The notes under the pieces were generated by a model, which was not told where the DNA came from, did no database searches, and saw only the letters and a program-made list of their open reading frames with translations. A stretch of 64,000 nt of DNA from Octopus sinensis (lineage: Eukaryota). Positions 63,909 to 64,000 of the stretch are shown in pieces (positions within the stretch are counted from its first letter, which is position 1; every line of letters starts with the position of its first letter). The stretch covers positions 87,916,001 through 87,980,000 of the forward strand of contig NC_043002.1 of assembly GCF_006345805.1 (NCBI RefSeq). Reading direction: 5' to 3'. Both the position numbers and the translations under genes were made by a program.

Positions 63909-64000
63909 ACACACACACACATACACACACACAACACATATGCATACACTCGTACACACATACATGCACACACATACATTTATACGTACATGTATTTGTG

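Overview
Eukaryotic, very AT- and microsatellite-rich genomic DNA, most likely intronic or intergenic sequence of an octopus. The species call comes from my recollection of these SINE families and was not tested by a search. No host protein-coding gene could be identified with confidence; there are only two weak minus-strand exon candidates. Nearly all recognisable sequence is transposable-element derived. (1) At least four R4/Dong-type (RT + restriction-like endonuclease) non-LTR families are present: three sit in (TAA)n tracts, including a near-intact 895-aa ORF at 45115-47802, and one sits in (TACA)n tracts. (2) A 5'-truncated Tx1/L1-type LINE lies in a (GATA)n tract with a 13-bp TSD. (3) Several Penelope-like elements (GIY-YIG, YRDD RT) and short non-autonomous derivatives carry type I hammerhead ribozyme motifs, mostly next to (TA)n. 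(4) About 30 tRNA-derived SINE copies belong to four families with interchangeable 3' tails. (5) There are mariner, pogo-like, piggyBac-like, hAT and Merlin-like MITEs, a decayed CR1/L2-group RT and a U6 snRNA retrocopy. The most notable observations are four. One SINE tail matches the 3' end of the Tx1 LINE (35/44 nt plus a shared stem-loop). Each retroelement group appears to occupy its own microsatellite class. A near-perfect hammerhead lies inside a 339-nt direct-repeat unit (retrozyme-like). There is a possible U6/R4-LINE chimera. All alignments and motif calls were made by eye, and the coordinates of decayed elements are approximate.
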